Shown here: positions 55,164-63,649 of the stretch, in pieces
How the letters are laid out: each line of letters starts with the position of its first letter
Position numbering within the stretch: position 1 is the stretch's first letter
From: an uncultured Thermodesulfobacteriota bacterium
Lineage (GTDB): Bacteria; Desulfobacterota; RBG-13-43-22
Length of the DNA stretch: 64,000 bases
Direction of reading: 5' to 3'
NCBI GenBank assembly: GCA_964627515.1
Contig: CAZVHO010000008.1
Span: 4,244 to 68,243 of the forward strand
Made by a program: the position numbers and the translations under genes
Notes under the pieces: model-generated
Databases searched by the model: none
What the model was told of the DNA's origin: nothing
The model's input: the letters and a program-made list of their open reading frames with translations, nothing else

Positions 55164-56102
55164 TTAATAAATCACCGAAAGACTTTGGGGCAAAATCTGG
55201 AAACGGGCCGGTAAACGCCCGACCAGTTCCCCATCGAGGTCGATCAGGACTTCTTCTTCGGAGGTGAAGGAAACGATTCTGGACTTGGCGGTTTTTACCT
55301 TGGGGTGTTCGGCCAAGGTTCCCTGATATAAACGTTTTGTGTTGGCCAGGACATCCAGTTTCGATACATCCCCCACCATCACCACCTCGAAAATCCCGTC
55401 AGTCAATCGGGCTTCAGGGGCCACCCACATGCCTCCGCCGAAATATTGCCCGTTGGCTATCACAATGGAACTGGCCACCATTTCAAAATCTTCCTGATCA
55501 TCAAGGGTTATAAGAACCCGTTTATTATGATAACGGAACAGGGTCACCAAAAGCCCTTTTAAAAAGCTTAACTTTCCCCCCAGCCTTTTTGAATGGCTGT
55601 TTACGTAGCGGACCAGGTCTCCACCAAAACCCACATCGGTTACATTGGCAAAATAACGCTGCGCCGCCTGGCCCTTAAGATCGATAAATTCGCATTGACC
55701 GATATCAATGGGTTGGGCAAAACCCTGAAGGGCCTGCCGGGCGGCTTGGGAAAGGTTATGAGAAATGCCCAGGGAGCGTACCAGGTCAGCCCCGGTCCCA
55801 TTCGGCAGAAGGGCCAATGGAACCCTATTGGCAGAGTGTTTTAAAAGCCCGTTGACCACTTCATTGATTGTACCATCACCTCCGTGGACGGCAATGGTTG
55901 TAAAGCCAAGGTCAATAGCCTTCTGGGCCAGTTTCCCGGCGTGGCCGGGGTGGGTCGTCTGCCAGGCTTCGAAAGGCGGCAGGATATCCCTCAGCAGGGC
56001 TTCGTTGCGGGGCCATTGCCGCCCGGTTCGGCCATTGGCACTGACCGGATTGACAATGACCACCCAGGAAGGATTATCCGGCTGATGATAGGCAGGGATC
56101 AT
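55164..56102 (-). CDS. Diacylglycerol-kinase-family lipid kinase (YegS/BmrU type)
   Basis: It has VIVNPVSANG…AVHGGDGTINEVVNG…LPNGTGADL and is 312 aa. Confidence 0.85.
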   Translation of the reverse strand: MIPAYHQPDNPSWVVIVNPVSANGRTGRQWPRNEALLRDILPPFEAWQTTHPGHAGKLAQKAIDLGFTTIAVHGGDGTINEVVNGLLKHSANRVPLALLPNGTGADLVRSLGISHNLSQAARQALQGFAQPIDIGQCEFIDLKGQAAQRYFANVTDVGFGGDLVRYVNSHSKRLGGKLSFLKGLLVTLFRYHNKRVLITLDDQEDFEMVASSIVIANGQYFGGGMWVAPEARLTDGIFEVVMVGDVSKLDVLANTKRLYQGTLAEHPKVKTAKSRIVSFTSEEEVLIDLDGELVGRLPARFQILPQSLSVIY

Positions 56103-56145
56103 AGTTTCCTATAAAGTACATCTGCGGATAGCTGGTCGATATCAG

Positions 56146-57333
56146 TTAAAGGTTCTGTAATGCCTGCCCGACTTTCCGTCCCAATTGAAAGGCAGCCGTG
56201 ATCCCGGAAGCGTCCGGAACAAACTGGACCTTCAACCCCGGATCGATCAGGTCGAATTTCATTTCTTCCAATTCTTTGTTGATCAATTTAACCGCCTCGC
56301 CGCTCCAGCCGTAGGACCCGAAGGCAGCGGCAACTTTCGGGTTGGGTCTCAGTCCTTTCATATAGCACAGAAAATCACTGACGGTCGGAAACAGCCCATT
56401 GTTCAGGGTCGGAGAACCGACCAGGACGGCCCCGGCATCCAGGATTTCGGTCATCACATCGCTGCGGTGATTGGCCCGAAGATGCATGGTTTTGGCCTCA
56501 ATCCCTTCCTGCCCCAAACCATCTACAATGGCTTCGGCCATTTTCCGGGTGCTTTCCCACATGGTATCATAGACGACGATGGCCTTTTTTTTGGGCTTTT
56601 GCCGGGCCCATTCCATGTAGGCCTTGATAATTTTTTCCGGATCCTTGCGCCAGATGATTCCGTGATCCGGACAGATGGTTTTCATAGACAAATTCATCTG
56701 GGTGACCTTTTCGAGCAACTGGAGGATTAAAGGGGCATAGAGCAAAAGGATGTTGGCAAAGTATTTGAGGGCATGAGGCATGATGGCCTCACCCATCTGG
56801 TCATCGAATCGTTCTACTCCGGCGTAATGTTGACCGAAGGCGTCGCTTGAAAAAAGGAGCTGATCCTCCTTTACGTAGGTGAACATGCTGTCAGGCCAAT
56901 GAACCATACGGGTCTCCAAAAAGGTCAAGGTCCTTCGGCCTAACCGGAGTTCCCCACCGTTTTCCACCGGCTGGTAGTTCCATTTTTCCTGAAAATGGCG
57001 GGAGAGATTTTTAAGTCCCACCTTCGAGCAGTAGAGAGGTTTGTCTTCTCCGATTTTGTGCATGACCCGAGGCAGGCCCCCGGAATGGTCCATTTCAGTA
57101 TGATTGCTGATCACGTAATCAATCTTTTTGGGGTCCATGATTTGGGAGATATTGGTCAGCAGTTGATCGGCGAATTCTTTTTTGACCGTATCAATCAAGG
57201 TTATTTTTTCATCCAGAATTAGATAGGCATTATAGGTCGAACCCTCAGGGGTGGCGTAGCCATGGAAATCTCTCAGGTTCCAGTCAACTACCCCCACCCA
57301 GTAAATTCCTTTGATCACTTCTACTGGTGTCAT
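56146..57333 (-). CDS. fprA: Flavodiiron protein (rubredoxin:oxygen/NO oxidoreductase type)
   Basis: It has the metallo-beta-lactamase-like motif NHTEMDHSG and a C-terminal flavodoxin domain (KKAIVVYDTMWESTRKMA). It is 395 aa. Confidence 0.9.
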   Translation of the reverse strand: MTPVEVIKGIYWVGVVDWNLRDFHGYATPEGSTYNAYLILDEKITLIDTVKKEFADQLLTNISQIMDPKKIDYVISNHTEMDHSGGLPRVMHKIGEDKPLYCSKVGLKNLSRHFQEKWNYQPVENGGELRLGRRTLTFLETRMVHWPDSMFTYVKEDQLLFSSDAFGQHYAGVERFDDQMGEAIMPHALKYFANILLLYAPLILQLLEKVTQMNLSMKTICPDHGIIWRKDPEKIIKAYMEWARQKPKKKAIVVYDTMWESTRKMAEAIVDGLGQEGIEAKTMHLRANHRSDVMTEILDAGAVLVGSPTLNNGLFPTVSDFLCYMKGLRPNPKVAAAFGSYGWSGEAVKLINKELEEMKFDLIDPGLKVQFVPDASGITAAFQLGRKVGQALQNL

Positions 57334-57541
57334 GGTTATTACCTCTTATCGTTAGATTCGATAATAAAGTTTCAAAATGTAAGTTTCAAGTATGAAAAAC
57401 CTCAAAATGGCAATAGACAATGGGCGAAGAAAAAAACCTTATAATTGTTTTCTTATTGCCCTCTCAGTTAAAATAGATCAGGCATCCTGCCTGACAATAG
57501 TCGGATCGGCCGAAGGCCGATTGTGTTGAAACCATTAAACA

Positions 57542-57567
57542 GTCAGCCCCGCCCGGGCGGGGCTGAC
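57542..57567. terminator. GC-rich hairpin downstream of the PAS kinase gene
   Basis: GTCAGCCCCGCCC-GGGCGGGGCTGAC is a perfect palindrome with 13-nt arms. On the minus strand it is followed by a U-rich stretch (tgtttaatggttt). Confidence 0.55.
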
Positions 57568-57643
57568 CTATCGGGATATAATTTTGCATAGTTTAGGCTT
57601 TTGAAAGAACCTCAATCGATACTTGACTTGATAAAATCCAGCA

Positions 57644-58732
57644 TCAAGTATCCGGCATCAAGGGCAGGGTTATCCGGACTACCGTCCCCTTCCCCTCTTC
57701 ACTTTCCAGGTCCAGGGCGCCACCTGGATGGTCTTCGATAATTTTTTTGGAAACACTCAGGCCAAGGCCGGTGCCCCGGTGTTTTGTAGTAAAAAACGGG
57801 GTAAACAACTGCTCCCGATCTTTTTGGGGAATCCCGGGGCCATTATCGGAAATGGCAATTTCCACCTGATTGTCGATCCCTTTCGAATGGATGGCCAGGG
57901 TACCTCCGTTTTCCAGGGCCTCCATGGCATTTCTGACCAGATTGAGGAAGACCTGTTTTAATTTTTGCGGGTCGCCTTCAACCATTAGAGGATCGGCAGA
58001 CGTCTTTAACCGAAGGGAGATACCAGCGCTTTTGCAATCTTCCTTGTAAAGGGAATAGATTTCTTCCAGCAGGGTATTTATATTGATTGGTTCAAGGATC
58101 AGATTTTTTGGCCGATAGATCTCCCTGAGTTCCATGACCAGCTTTTCCAATCTTTGCACTTCATCGGCAATGACCTTTAATTTGGTCTGATTTTTTTCAT
58201 CTCCGATGCTTCGAAGGAGCTGCCGGGCAAAGCCGCCGATCATGATCAAAGGGTTTTTGATCTCGTGGGTGATTTCCGCCACTAATTGGCCCAGGGCGGC
58301 CAGGCGTTCGGATTTGGAGACCTGTTCCTCAAGGATTTTGGTTTCCGTCAGATCCCGGATGATCCCTGTAAAAAAGAGTTTGCCCTCGATTTCCGATAAG
58401 GAAAATGAGATGGACAGGGGGAACGGTTGTCCGTCTTTTCGATAGGCCAAAAATTCGGTCTGGTGGCCGAGCAGTTTTGATTCCCGGGTTTTTAGAAACC
58501 GGGCAACAGCCGCTTTGTGGCCCTTGGTACAGGTAGGTCCGAGGATTACTTCCAGGTCCTTCCCTAAAATTTCCTCCCGTGAATAGCCGAATATTTTTTC
58601 AGCGGCCCTGTTAATGATGATGACCTGGTGATGTTCATCAATGGTAACAAAACCCTCGTTGGTATTCTCAATGGCCTCTTTAAGGATGGTCCATTCCCGT
58701 TCGGTACCGGAAGGGCTAACCGAATTTTTCAT
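57644..58732 (-). CDS. Cytoplasmic PAS sensor histidine kinase
   Basis: It has a PAS domain (ENTNEGFVTIDEHHQVIIINRAAEKIFGYSREEILGK), an H-box (THEIKNPL) and an ATPase (DNGPGIP…GTGLGLS). Confidence 0.9.
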   Translation of the reverse strand: MKNSVSPSGTEREWTILKEAIENTNEGFVTIDEHHQVIIINRAAEKIFGYSREEILGKDLEVILGPTCTKGHKAAVARFLKTRESKLLGHQTEFLAYRKDGQPFPLSISFSLSEIEGKLFFTGIIRDLTETKILEEQVSKSERLAALGQLVAEITHEIKNPLIMIGGFARQLLRSIGDEKNQTKLKVIADEVQRLEKLVMELREIYRPKNLILEPININTLLEEIYSLYKEDCKSAGISLRLKTSADPLMVEGDPQKLKQVFLNLVRNAMEALENGGTLAIHSKGIDNQVEIAISDNGPGIPQKDREQLFTPFFTTKHRGTGLGLSVSKKIIEDHPGGALDLESEEGKGTVVRITLPLMPDT

Positions 58733-58761
58733 AGGAATATCGGCTTGTTCATGAGGTCCAT

Positions 58762-58920
58762 TTATTCCTGTTCAAACTTATCTTTGGTGGCCCCGCAAAC
58801 CGGACAGGTCCAATCCTCGGGCAGGTCCTCAAATCGGGTTCCTGGTTTAACCCCATTGTCAGGATCGCCATTGGCCGGGTCATAGACATAACCGCATATC
58901 GAGCAGACATATCGATTCAT
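58762..58920 (-). CDS. Rubredoxin (52 aa; absent from the supplied ORF track because it is under 60 aa)
   Basis: The reverse-strand translation is [52 protein letters not shown]. Both CxxCG knuckles and the conserved aromatic residues are present. The stop TAA is at 58762-58764. Confidence 0.9.
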   Translation of the reverse strand: MNRYVCSICGYVYDPANGDPDNGVKPGTRFEDLPEDWTCPVCGATKDKFEQE

Positions 58921-59022
58921 TTTTTAATCACCTTTCCTGATAAGAAAAAACGGTTCAAGGTCCACGGTGTAAGGTATAAGGTTTTCCCTTGAACCTATAC
59001 CTTGCGCCTTGTGCCTTCGATA

Positions 59023-59223
59023 TTAAGCTACCACCTCATAGCCGGCTTTTTTTATCTTTTCTTTAATCAGATCCTTATCCACCGGTTTGGTTTCATTAAA
59101 GGTAGCTTCGCCCTTGTCAAGATCGACCTTTACATCCTCAAGGCCTTCGATTTCTTTTAATGCCTTGGTTGCTGCCATAACGCAATGCTGGCAGGACATG
59201 CCTTTGATTTTTATTGTGGTCAT
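59023..59223 (-). CDS. Heavy-metal-associated (HMA) domain protein, CopZ-like
   Basis: It has the GMSCQHC metal-binding motif and is 66 aa with a ferredoxin-like fold pattern. Confidence 0.85.
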   Translation of the reverse strand: MTTIKIKGMSCQHCVMAATKALKEIEGLEDVKVDLDKGEATFNETKPVDKDLIKEKIKKAGYEVVA

Positions 59224-59227
59224 AATA

Positions 59228-60397
59228 TTACTCCTTTTTTTTATATAAGGGAGACATATCCCTTAAGGTTTGAACCACGGTTTTTAAAACCCCCAGGAAC
59301 CGCTCTACATCTGCCTCAGCAGTTTCTTTTCCAAAGGTAATGACCAGTGTCCCCTGGGCATCGGCGAAGTCCCTGCCTATAGCCAAAAGGACATGGGAGG
59401 CCTGAAGGGCCCCGGCCGCACAGGCGGACCGGGTGGAGACCAGGATCTTTTCTTCATCCAGCATGAGGACAATTCCCTCACCTTCGATATATTGTATGGA
59501 TACGGAAACCAGGTTAGGCAGGGAGAACTCAGGGTGGCCGTTAAGAAAAATGTCTTCGATATTTTCTCGAAGACCCAGGGTCAATTTCTTTTTAAGACCG
59601 AGGCAATGGTTGATGCGGGATTCCAGGTCACGACCGGCCAACTCGGCCGCTTTTCCCATGCCGATGATTCCGATAAGATTCTCCGTACCGGCCCGTTTGT
59701 TGTTTTCCTGAACCCCTCCGTCCAGCAGCGGCCAGAGGACCGTTCCGGAGCGGATATACAGACCGCCCACACCGGATGGACCATAAAATTGATTGGCTGA
59801 AAAACTCAGCAAATCCACGCCTAATTTTTGAACATCAATCGGCACCACGCCGACTGATGTAACGGCGTCACAATGAAAAGGGATTTTCTTTTCTCTGGTT
59901 ATCCGGGCAATTTCTTCGATAGGCTGAATAGTGCCTATTTCATTATTGCTGTGCATGATAGTGACCAGGATGGTTTGATCGGTGATGGCCCGGGCCACCT
60001 CCGCGGGATCGATCCGGCCGTTTTCATCTACGGCCACCGAAGAGACCTTGTAATCCATCATCCGGAGCCGTCGGAGGGTCCGGAGAACGGCATTGTGTTC
60101 GATGTTGGAGGTAACAATGTGATTCCCTTTTTTAGCGTTGGCCAAAGACACCCCTTTGACGGCCAGGTTGATGGACTCGGTTCCCCCGGAGGTAAAGACG
60201 ATCTCCTGAGAGGAAGGACAGTTGATCAACCGGGCCACGGACTCCCGGGCCTTGGCCAGGGCCTCGGCGGCCTGGTCCCCCAACTGGTGCGGGCTGGAAG
60301 GGTTTCCATGATTGGTCCGAATGGCCTCAATCATGGCCTCCTGGACCTCCGGCAATACGGGGTTGGCTGAGAGATAATCAAGATTAATCAGTTTCAT
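59228..60397 (-). CDS. nifS: Cysteine desulfurase (NifS/IscS family)
   Basis: It has the class V aminotransferase pattern (FTSGGTESINLA…HSNNEIG…) and the active-site loop STRSACAAG. It is adjacent to the scaffold gene. Confidence 0.9.
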   Translation of the reverse strand: MKLINLDYLSANPVLPEVQEAMIEAIRTNHGNPSSPHQLGDQAAEALAKARESVARLINCPSSQEIVFTSGGTESINLAVKGVSLANAKKGNHIVTSNIEHNAVLRTLRRLRMMDYKVSSVAVDENGRIDPAEVARAITDQTILVTIMHSNNEIGTIQPIEEIARITREKKIPFHCDAVTSVGVVPIDVQKLGVDLLSFSANQFYGPSGVGGLYIRSGTVLWPLLDGGVQENNKRAGTENLIGIIGMGKAAELAGRDLESRINHCLGLKKKLTLGLRENIEDIFLNGHPEFSLPNLVSVSIQYIEGEGIVLMLDEEKILVSTRSACAAGALQASHVLLAIGRDFADAQGTLVITFGKETAEADVERFLGVLKTVVQTLRDMSPLYKKKE

Positions 60398-60419
60398 TAG
60401 GCACCTTCCTGGGGTTATT

Positions 60420-60944
60420 CTACTGGATCGTCTTTAAGGTTTTCCCGCAACTGGTGCAAAAGGTCATATCTTCTTTGACTTCGATGTTGCAATAGGGACA
60501 ATAACATTTACCGCCTTCTTCATGGCCATGATCGTGCTCATGCTTTTCTTCCCGCTTGGAGACCGGCCGGGTGATGCCGGCCTTTTTGTCTTCGTAGTTT
60601 TGAATGGCCAGGTGAAGGGCGTCGGCCCCCAGGTTGGAACAATGGAGTTTGTTTTTAGGCAGGCCTTCCAGGGCTTCCGCCACGGTTTTGTTGGTTATTT
60701 TCTTGGCCTCCTCTACGGTCTTGCCCTTGGCCATCTCGGTGAGCATGCTGGATACGGCAATGGCCGCCCCACAGCCGAAGGTCTTGAATTTGATGTCTTT
60801 GATCGTTTCTTCTTCGATCTTTAAGTAGATGGTCATCATGTCACCACATAGGGGATTGCCCACTTCCCCGATCCCGTCGGCATTTTCGATTTCTCCGACG
60901 TTCCGCGGGTTTTTAAAATGATCCATTACAGTGCTTGAATACAT
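60420..60944 (-). CDS. nifU: Fe-S cluster scaffold (NifU/IscU N-domain) with His-rich linker and C-terminal zinc-ribbon
   Basis: It has NPLCGDMM…FGCGAAIA…LHCSNLG (the three scaffold Cys), then EEKHEHDHGHEE and CYCPYC…CTSCG. Confidence 0.85.
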   Translation of the reverse strand: MYSSTVMDHFKNPRNVGEIENADGIGEVGNPLCGDMMTIYLKIEEETIKDIKFKTFGCGAAIAVSSMLTEMAKGKTVEEAKKITNKTVAEALEGLPKNKLHCSNLGADALHLAIQNYEDKKAGITRPVSKREEKHEHDHGHEEGGKCYCPYCNIEVKEDMTFCTSCGKTLKTIQ

Positions 60945-61065
60945 CTTCTCTCCCTCCCTGAATTCTCAGATACCGTGCGTAAGAATCTATGCCTCGTCCG
61001 GGAGTTACCCCGGAAGAGGTGGCCCCTGACGGGGCAGTTGACTTAACACTTACAGTGGCTTTTTT

Positions 61066-61195
61066 CGTCATTCCCGAACGTCTTTATCGGGAATCCAGGT
61101 TTTTCAATCCCGCCCACGGCGGGACTGGATTCCCGCTTAAATCATGCCAGACGGATAAAGGGCGCATTAGAAAAAAATCCGCATAGGTATTAAGG
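61066..61195 (+). mobile_element. MITE-like element, copy e (shorter variant)
   Basis: cgtcattcccgaacgtctttatcgggaatccagg…ggactggattcccgc…gggcgcattagaaaaaaatccg. The tail module gcgcat(t)ag.aaaaaaat is shared with copies b and d. Confidence 0.7.
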
Positions 61196-61370
61196 GTCCG
61201 AAATTTATAACCATTGAAAGCTGCTTAACCTGATCGACAAAACTTTGTCGATGTTGATTGACTAAGCGCCTATGGCACCAAAATCAATTTTAATCACCAG
61301 GAGATTCATTGTAAAGAGAGGCGCACCGTTTTTTGCTCGAAAACCGCATAAAAAAAATACGGCAGGCCGG

Positions 61371-61703
61371 TTAATAGGCAAGCCGGTCCACAGGCCGCCG
61401 TTCCGGGACATAGGGATGGGGGCCTTCCTCCTCATTCCATTCCTTAGAAACATAAAGATTGCAATAACAACTCCCGTACTCTTCCACATCCGGGGGCCTG
61501 TAAACGCAGGGGCAGATGATGTCTTCGTCCCGTTTCCGATCCCCTGAGGCCAACCGGCAGGGGCAGCACATGTAGCCGTAGCGTTCTTTATTCAGGAGTA
61601 GACCTTTGAGCAGATCGAGAGTGATTTTCAAGTCTTTGTTAAAAAAGTATCCTTTAGGTTCCTGGATCTTTTTTAACATTTCATAAAGGTCTTTTTCAGT
61701 CAT
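61371..61703 (-). CDS. Ferredoxin:thioredoxin reductase catalytic-subunit-like protein
   Basis: It has the CPC…CPC…CYC arrangement (MCCPCRLASG…IICPCVY…YGSCYCNLY) and is 110 aa. Confidence 0.8.
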   Translation of the reverse strand: MTEKDLYEMLKKIQEPKGYFFNKDLKITLDLLKGLLLNKERYGYMCCPCRLASGDRKRDEDIICPCVYRPPDVEEYGSCYCNLYVSKEWNEEEGPHPYVPERRPVDRLAY

Positions 61704-61948
61704 AGGCCCAGGGCCTCCTTGATCTCGTTTTCTTTAAAACCGACAATAACCTGATCACCGATCAGGATGGTCGGAAAGGAACAGACGGGGTTATATTTTT
61801 TCACCTCTTCTATCGTATTGGAACGCTCTTGCCCCTGGAGTAAATCAACATCCGTGTACTCGTAACGGGCGCCGCAATCATTAAGGAATTTTTTGGCCCT
61901 ATTGCAATGGCTGCAGGTACTTAAGGTATAGAGTTTAATCGGCGGCAT
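61700..61948 (-). CDS. Glutaredoxin-like thioredoxin-fold protein
   Basis: It has IKLYTLSTCSHCNRAKKFL (CxxC) and is 82 aa. Its 3' end overlaps the FTR gene start in a 4-nt ATGA overlap. Confidence 0.8.
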   Translation of the reverse strand: MPPIKLYTLSTCSHCNRAKKFLNDCGARYEYTDVDLLQGQERSNTIEEVKKYNPVCSFPTILIGDQVIVGFKENEIKEALGL

Positions 61949-61985
61949 AATATCCCCTTTTTCTAATCAACATAAGGTAGAGGTC

Positions 61986-62034
61986 TTTGCAAAAGTCTAA
62001 ATTTAAAAAATTAATTAAATTTAACTTTTGCAAA
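61986..62034. promoter_or_regulatory. AT-rich 49-bp palindrome over the presumed grx-FTR promoter
   Basis: TTTGCAAAAGT (61986-61996) pairs with ACTTTTGCAAA (62024-62034) as perfect 11-bp arms. The spacer itself contains TAAATTTA twice. It lies 38-86 bp upstream of the grx-like ATG. Confidence 0.4.
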
Positions 62035-62191
62035 AAACTCGATAGTGTCATTATACCGACAAGGCGGATACAAAAGCAATTTGTTTTTGGGATACGATTT
62101 GGTTCGAAAATAAAGTTTCAAGATGCAAGATGCAAGTTTCAAGTATGAAAAACCTCGGGCCTTGATTCTATTTTCATGTTTCGTGGCGCCC

Positions 62192-63523
62192 TTACCCCTT
62201 TTTATTATACCAGCGGGCCAGGCGATCCGGTGAAAACCCCACTCCGTAAGCCGCTAAGGCAACCTGGTTTTTAAGGGTCGTTCTCCAGATACCAGAATTC
62301 TTCCAGCGCCGGGAAGAGGTAAGTACCGGGAGGGGGGCGATGGCTATCCGGCCCTGGCGTCCCAAGCGGCGGATCAGATCCAAATCCTCCATGATTGGAA
62401 TATCCGAAAACCCACCCAGGGCCCGAAACCGCTCGGCCCGGAGGAAGATGGCCTGGTCACCATAAGGAAGTTGGAAGAACCTGGACCGCCAGTTGGCCAA
62501 CCACCCGATGATTCTCAGTCCAAAAAGGGGGGGATCAAATTGGAGTTGAAAGGCCCCGGCGGATATTTCAGGTCTGGAAAGGATTTGGCAGACCTGATCG
62601 GCAAACCCTTCAGGCAGGCGGGTATCGGCATGAAGGAAAAGGAGATATTCCCCCATGGCCGCTTGGGCACCGGTATTCATCTGGCGGGCCCGGCCCCGGG
62701 GAGATGAAAGGACTTTGGCCCCCCAGAAGGCGGCCAACTCGGCTGTTCGGTCATTACTCCCGCCATCGACGACAATGGTTTCATAAAATGGTTCAGAAGG
62801 AATTCGGGCCAAGGCCAAAGGGATCTCTCGGGCTTCATTTAAGACTGGAATAATGATGGAAATGACCGGCAGGGACTCCGAAAGACCGGCTTTCCACCGT
62901 TCCCATAAGGGCAAGTCCTCCGGCCGATCGATATCCTGCAGGGTGTCGATCAAAAAGAAACTGAGTCCGAGGGTCCGGGCCTTTTCCAGGGTCTTCCTGA
63001 AGACCTCTGGGCTTCCCCAGGGGATATTGGCAAATAAAGGACAGGCTTTTTGTAACCCTATCAAATAATAGCCTCCGTCAAGGGCCGGCCCCAAAATCAG
63101 GTCATTATTGCCAAGGCCGTCAAAGGCCTTCTGCAATATATTTGAGGTCCGGGCCGGACAATCCGAGCCGATGAGGACCACAGCCTGGAATCCGTCCCGG
63201 AAGGCATCCTGAAAGGCCCTTTCCATGCGGATCCCCAAATCCCCCTGGCCCTGGGGAGAATAAGACAAATCAGGACCCAGCCATTCCTGAATTAAGTGCG
63301 CATCTCCCCCCTCGAAGCGCACCTCGATAGACACCGGGCGGGATAAAGTAAGCTCTCTGACCTGTTCCAAAGCCAACTCGGTCATCCGACGGTGCAGCTC
63401 ACAGGAACCTTCCGGACCAAGGGTCGGGATCAGACGGGTCTTGACCTTGCCGACTTCCGGATAGCGGGTAAAGAGGATGGCCCGTTCTTTTATGGGCTTA
63501 TGGGGTACCGGATATTCAACCAT
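62192..63523 (-). CDS. Fusion of rSAM/selenodomain-associated transferase 1 (DUF2064, TIGR04282-like) and transferase 2 (GT2, TIGR04283-like)
   Basis: The N-terminal half has ILFTRYPEVGKVKTRL…LIGSDCP…GPALDGGYYLIGL. The C-terminal half has ISIIIPVLNE…VVDGGSNDRT…LFLHADT. Family names are recalled from memory. Confidence 0.7.
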   Translation of the reverse strand: MVEYPVPHKPIKERAILFTRYPEVGKVKTRLIPTLGPEGSCELHRRMTELALEQVRELTLSRPVSIEVRFEGGDAHLIQEWLGPDLSYSPQGQGDLGIRMERAFQDAFRDGFQAVVLIGSDCPARTSNILQKAFDGLGNNDLILGPALDGGYYLIGLQKACPLFANIPWGSPEVFRKTLEKARTLGLSFFLIDTLQDIDRPEDLPLWERWKAGLSESLPVISIIIPVLNEAREIPLALARIPSEPFYETIVVDGGSNDRTAELAAFWGAKVLSSPRGRARQMNTGAQAAMGEYLLFLHADTRLPEGFADQVCQILSRPEISAGAFQLQFDPPLFGLRIIGWLANWRSRFFQLPYGDQAIFLRAERFRALGGFSDIPIMEDLDLIRRLGRQGRIAIAPLPVLTSSRRWKNSGIWRTTLKNQVALAAYGVGFSPDRLARWYNKKG

Positions 63524-63649
63524 TTCGGAATTCGTATTTTCGTATTAAACCATCATGCCCCCTCTGTGGGCACCAATGAAACATGGGAAGGGTGTTCTTT
63601 TAATTCCGAAATCCGAAATCCAAAATCCAAAATCGGAACGTCCTGCATC

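Noticed and set aside
62096-62115. tRNA-like GGTTCGAA string
   Set aside because: There is no acceptor stem, anticodon arm or D-arm around it. It is part of the word-repeat/motif region upstream of the grx-FTR genes. No tRNA was seen elsewhere in the window.
11045-63637. Possibility that the word-repeat tracts are CRISPR arrays
   Set aside because: There are no constant repeats separated by unique spacers of regular length. The units are 6-8 nt, contiguous and paired with a complementary arm, and there are no cas genes in the window.
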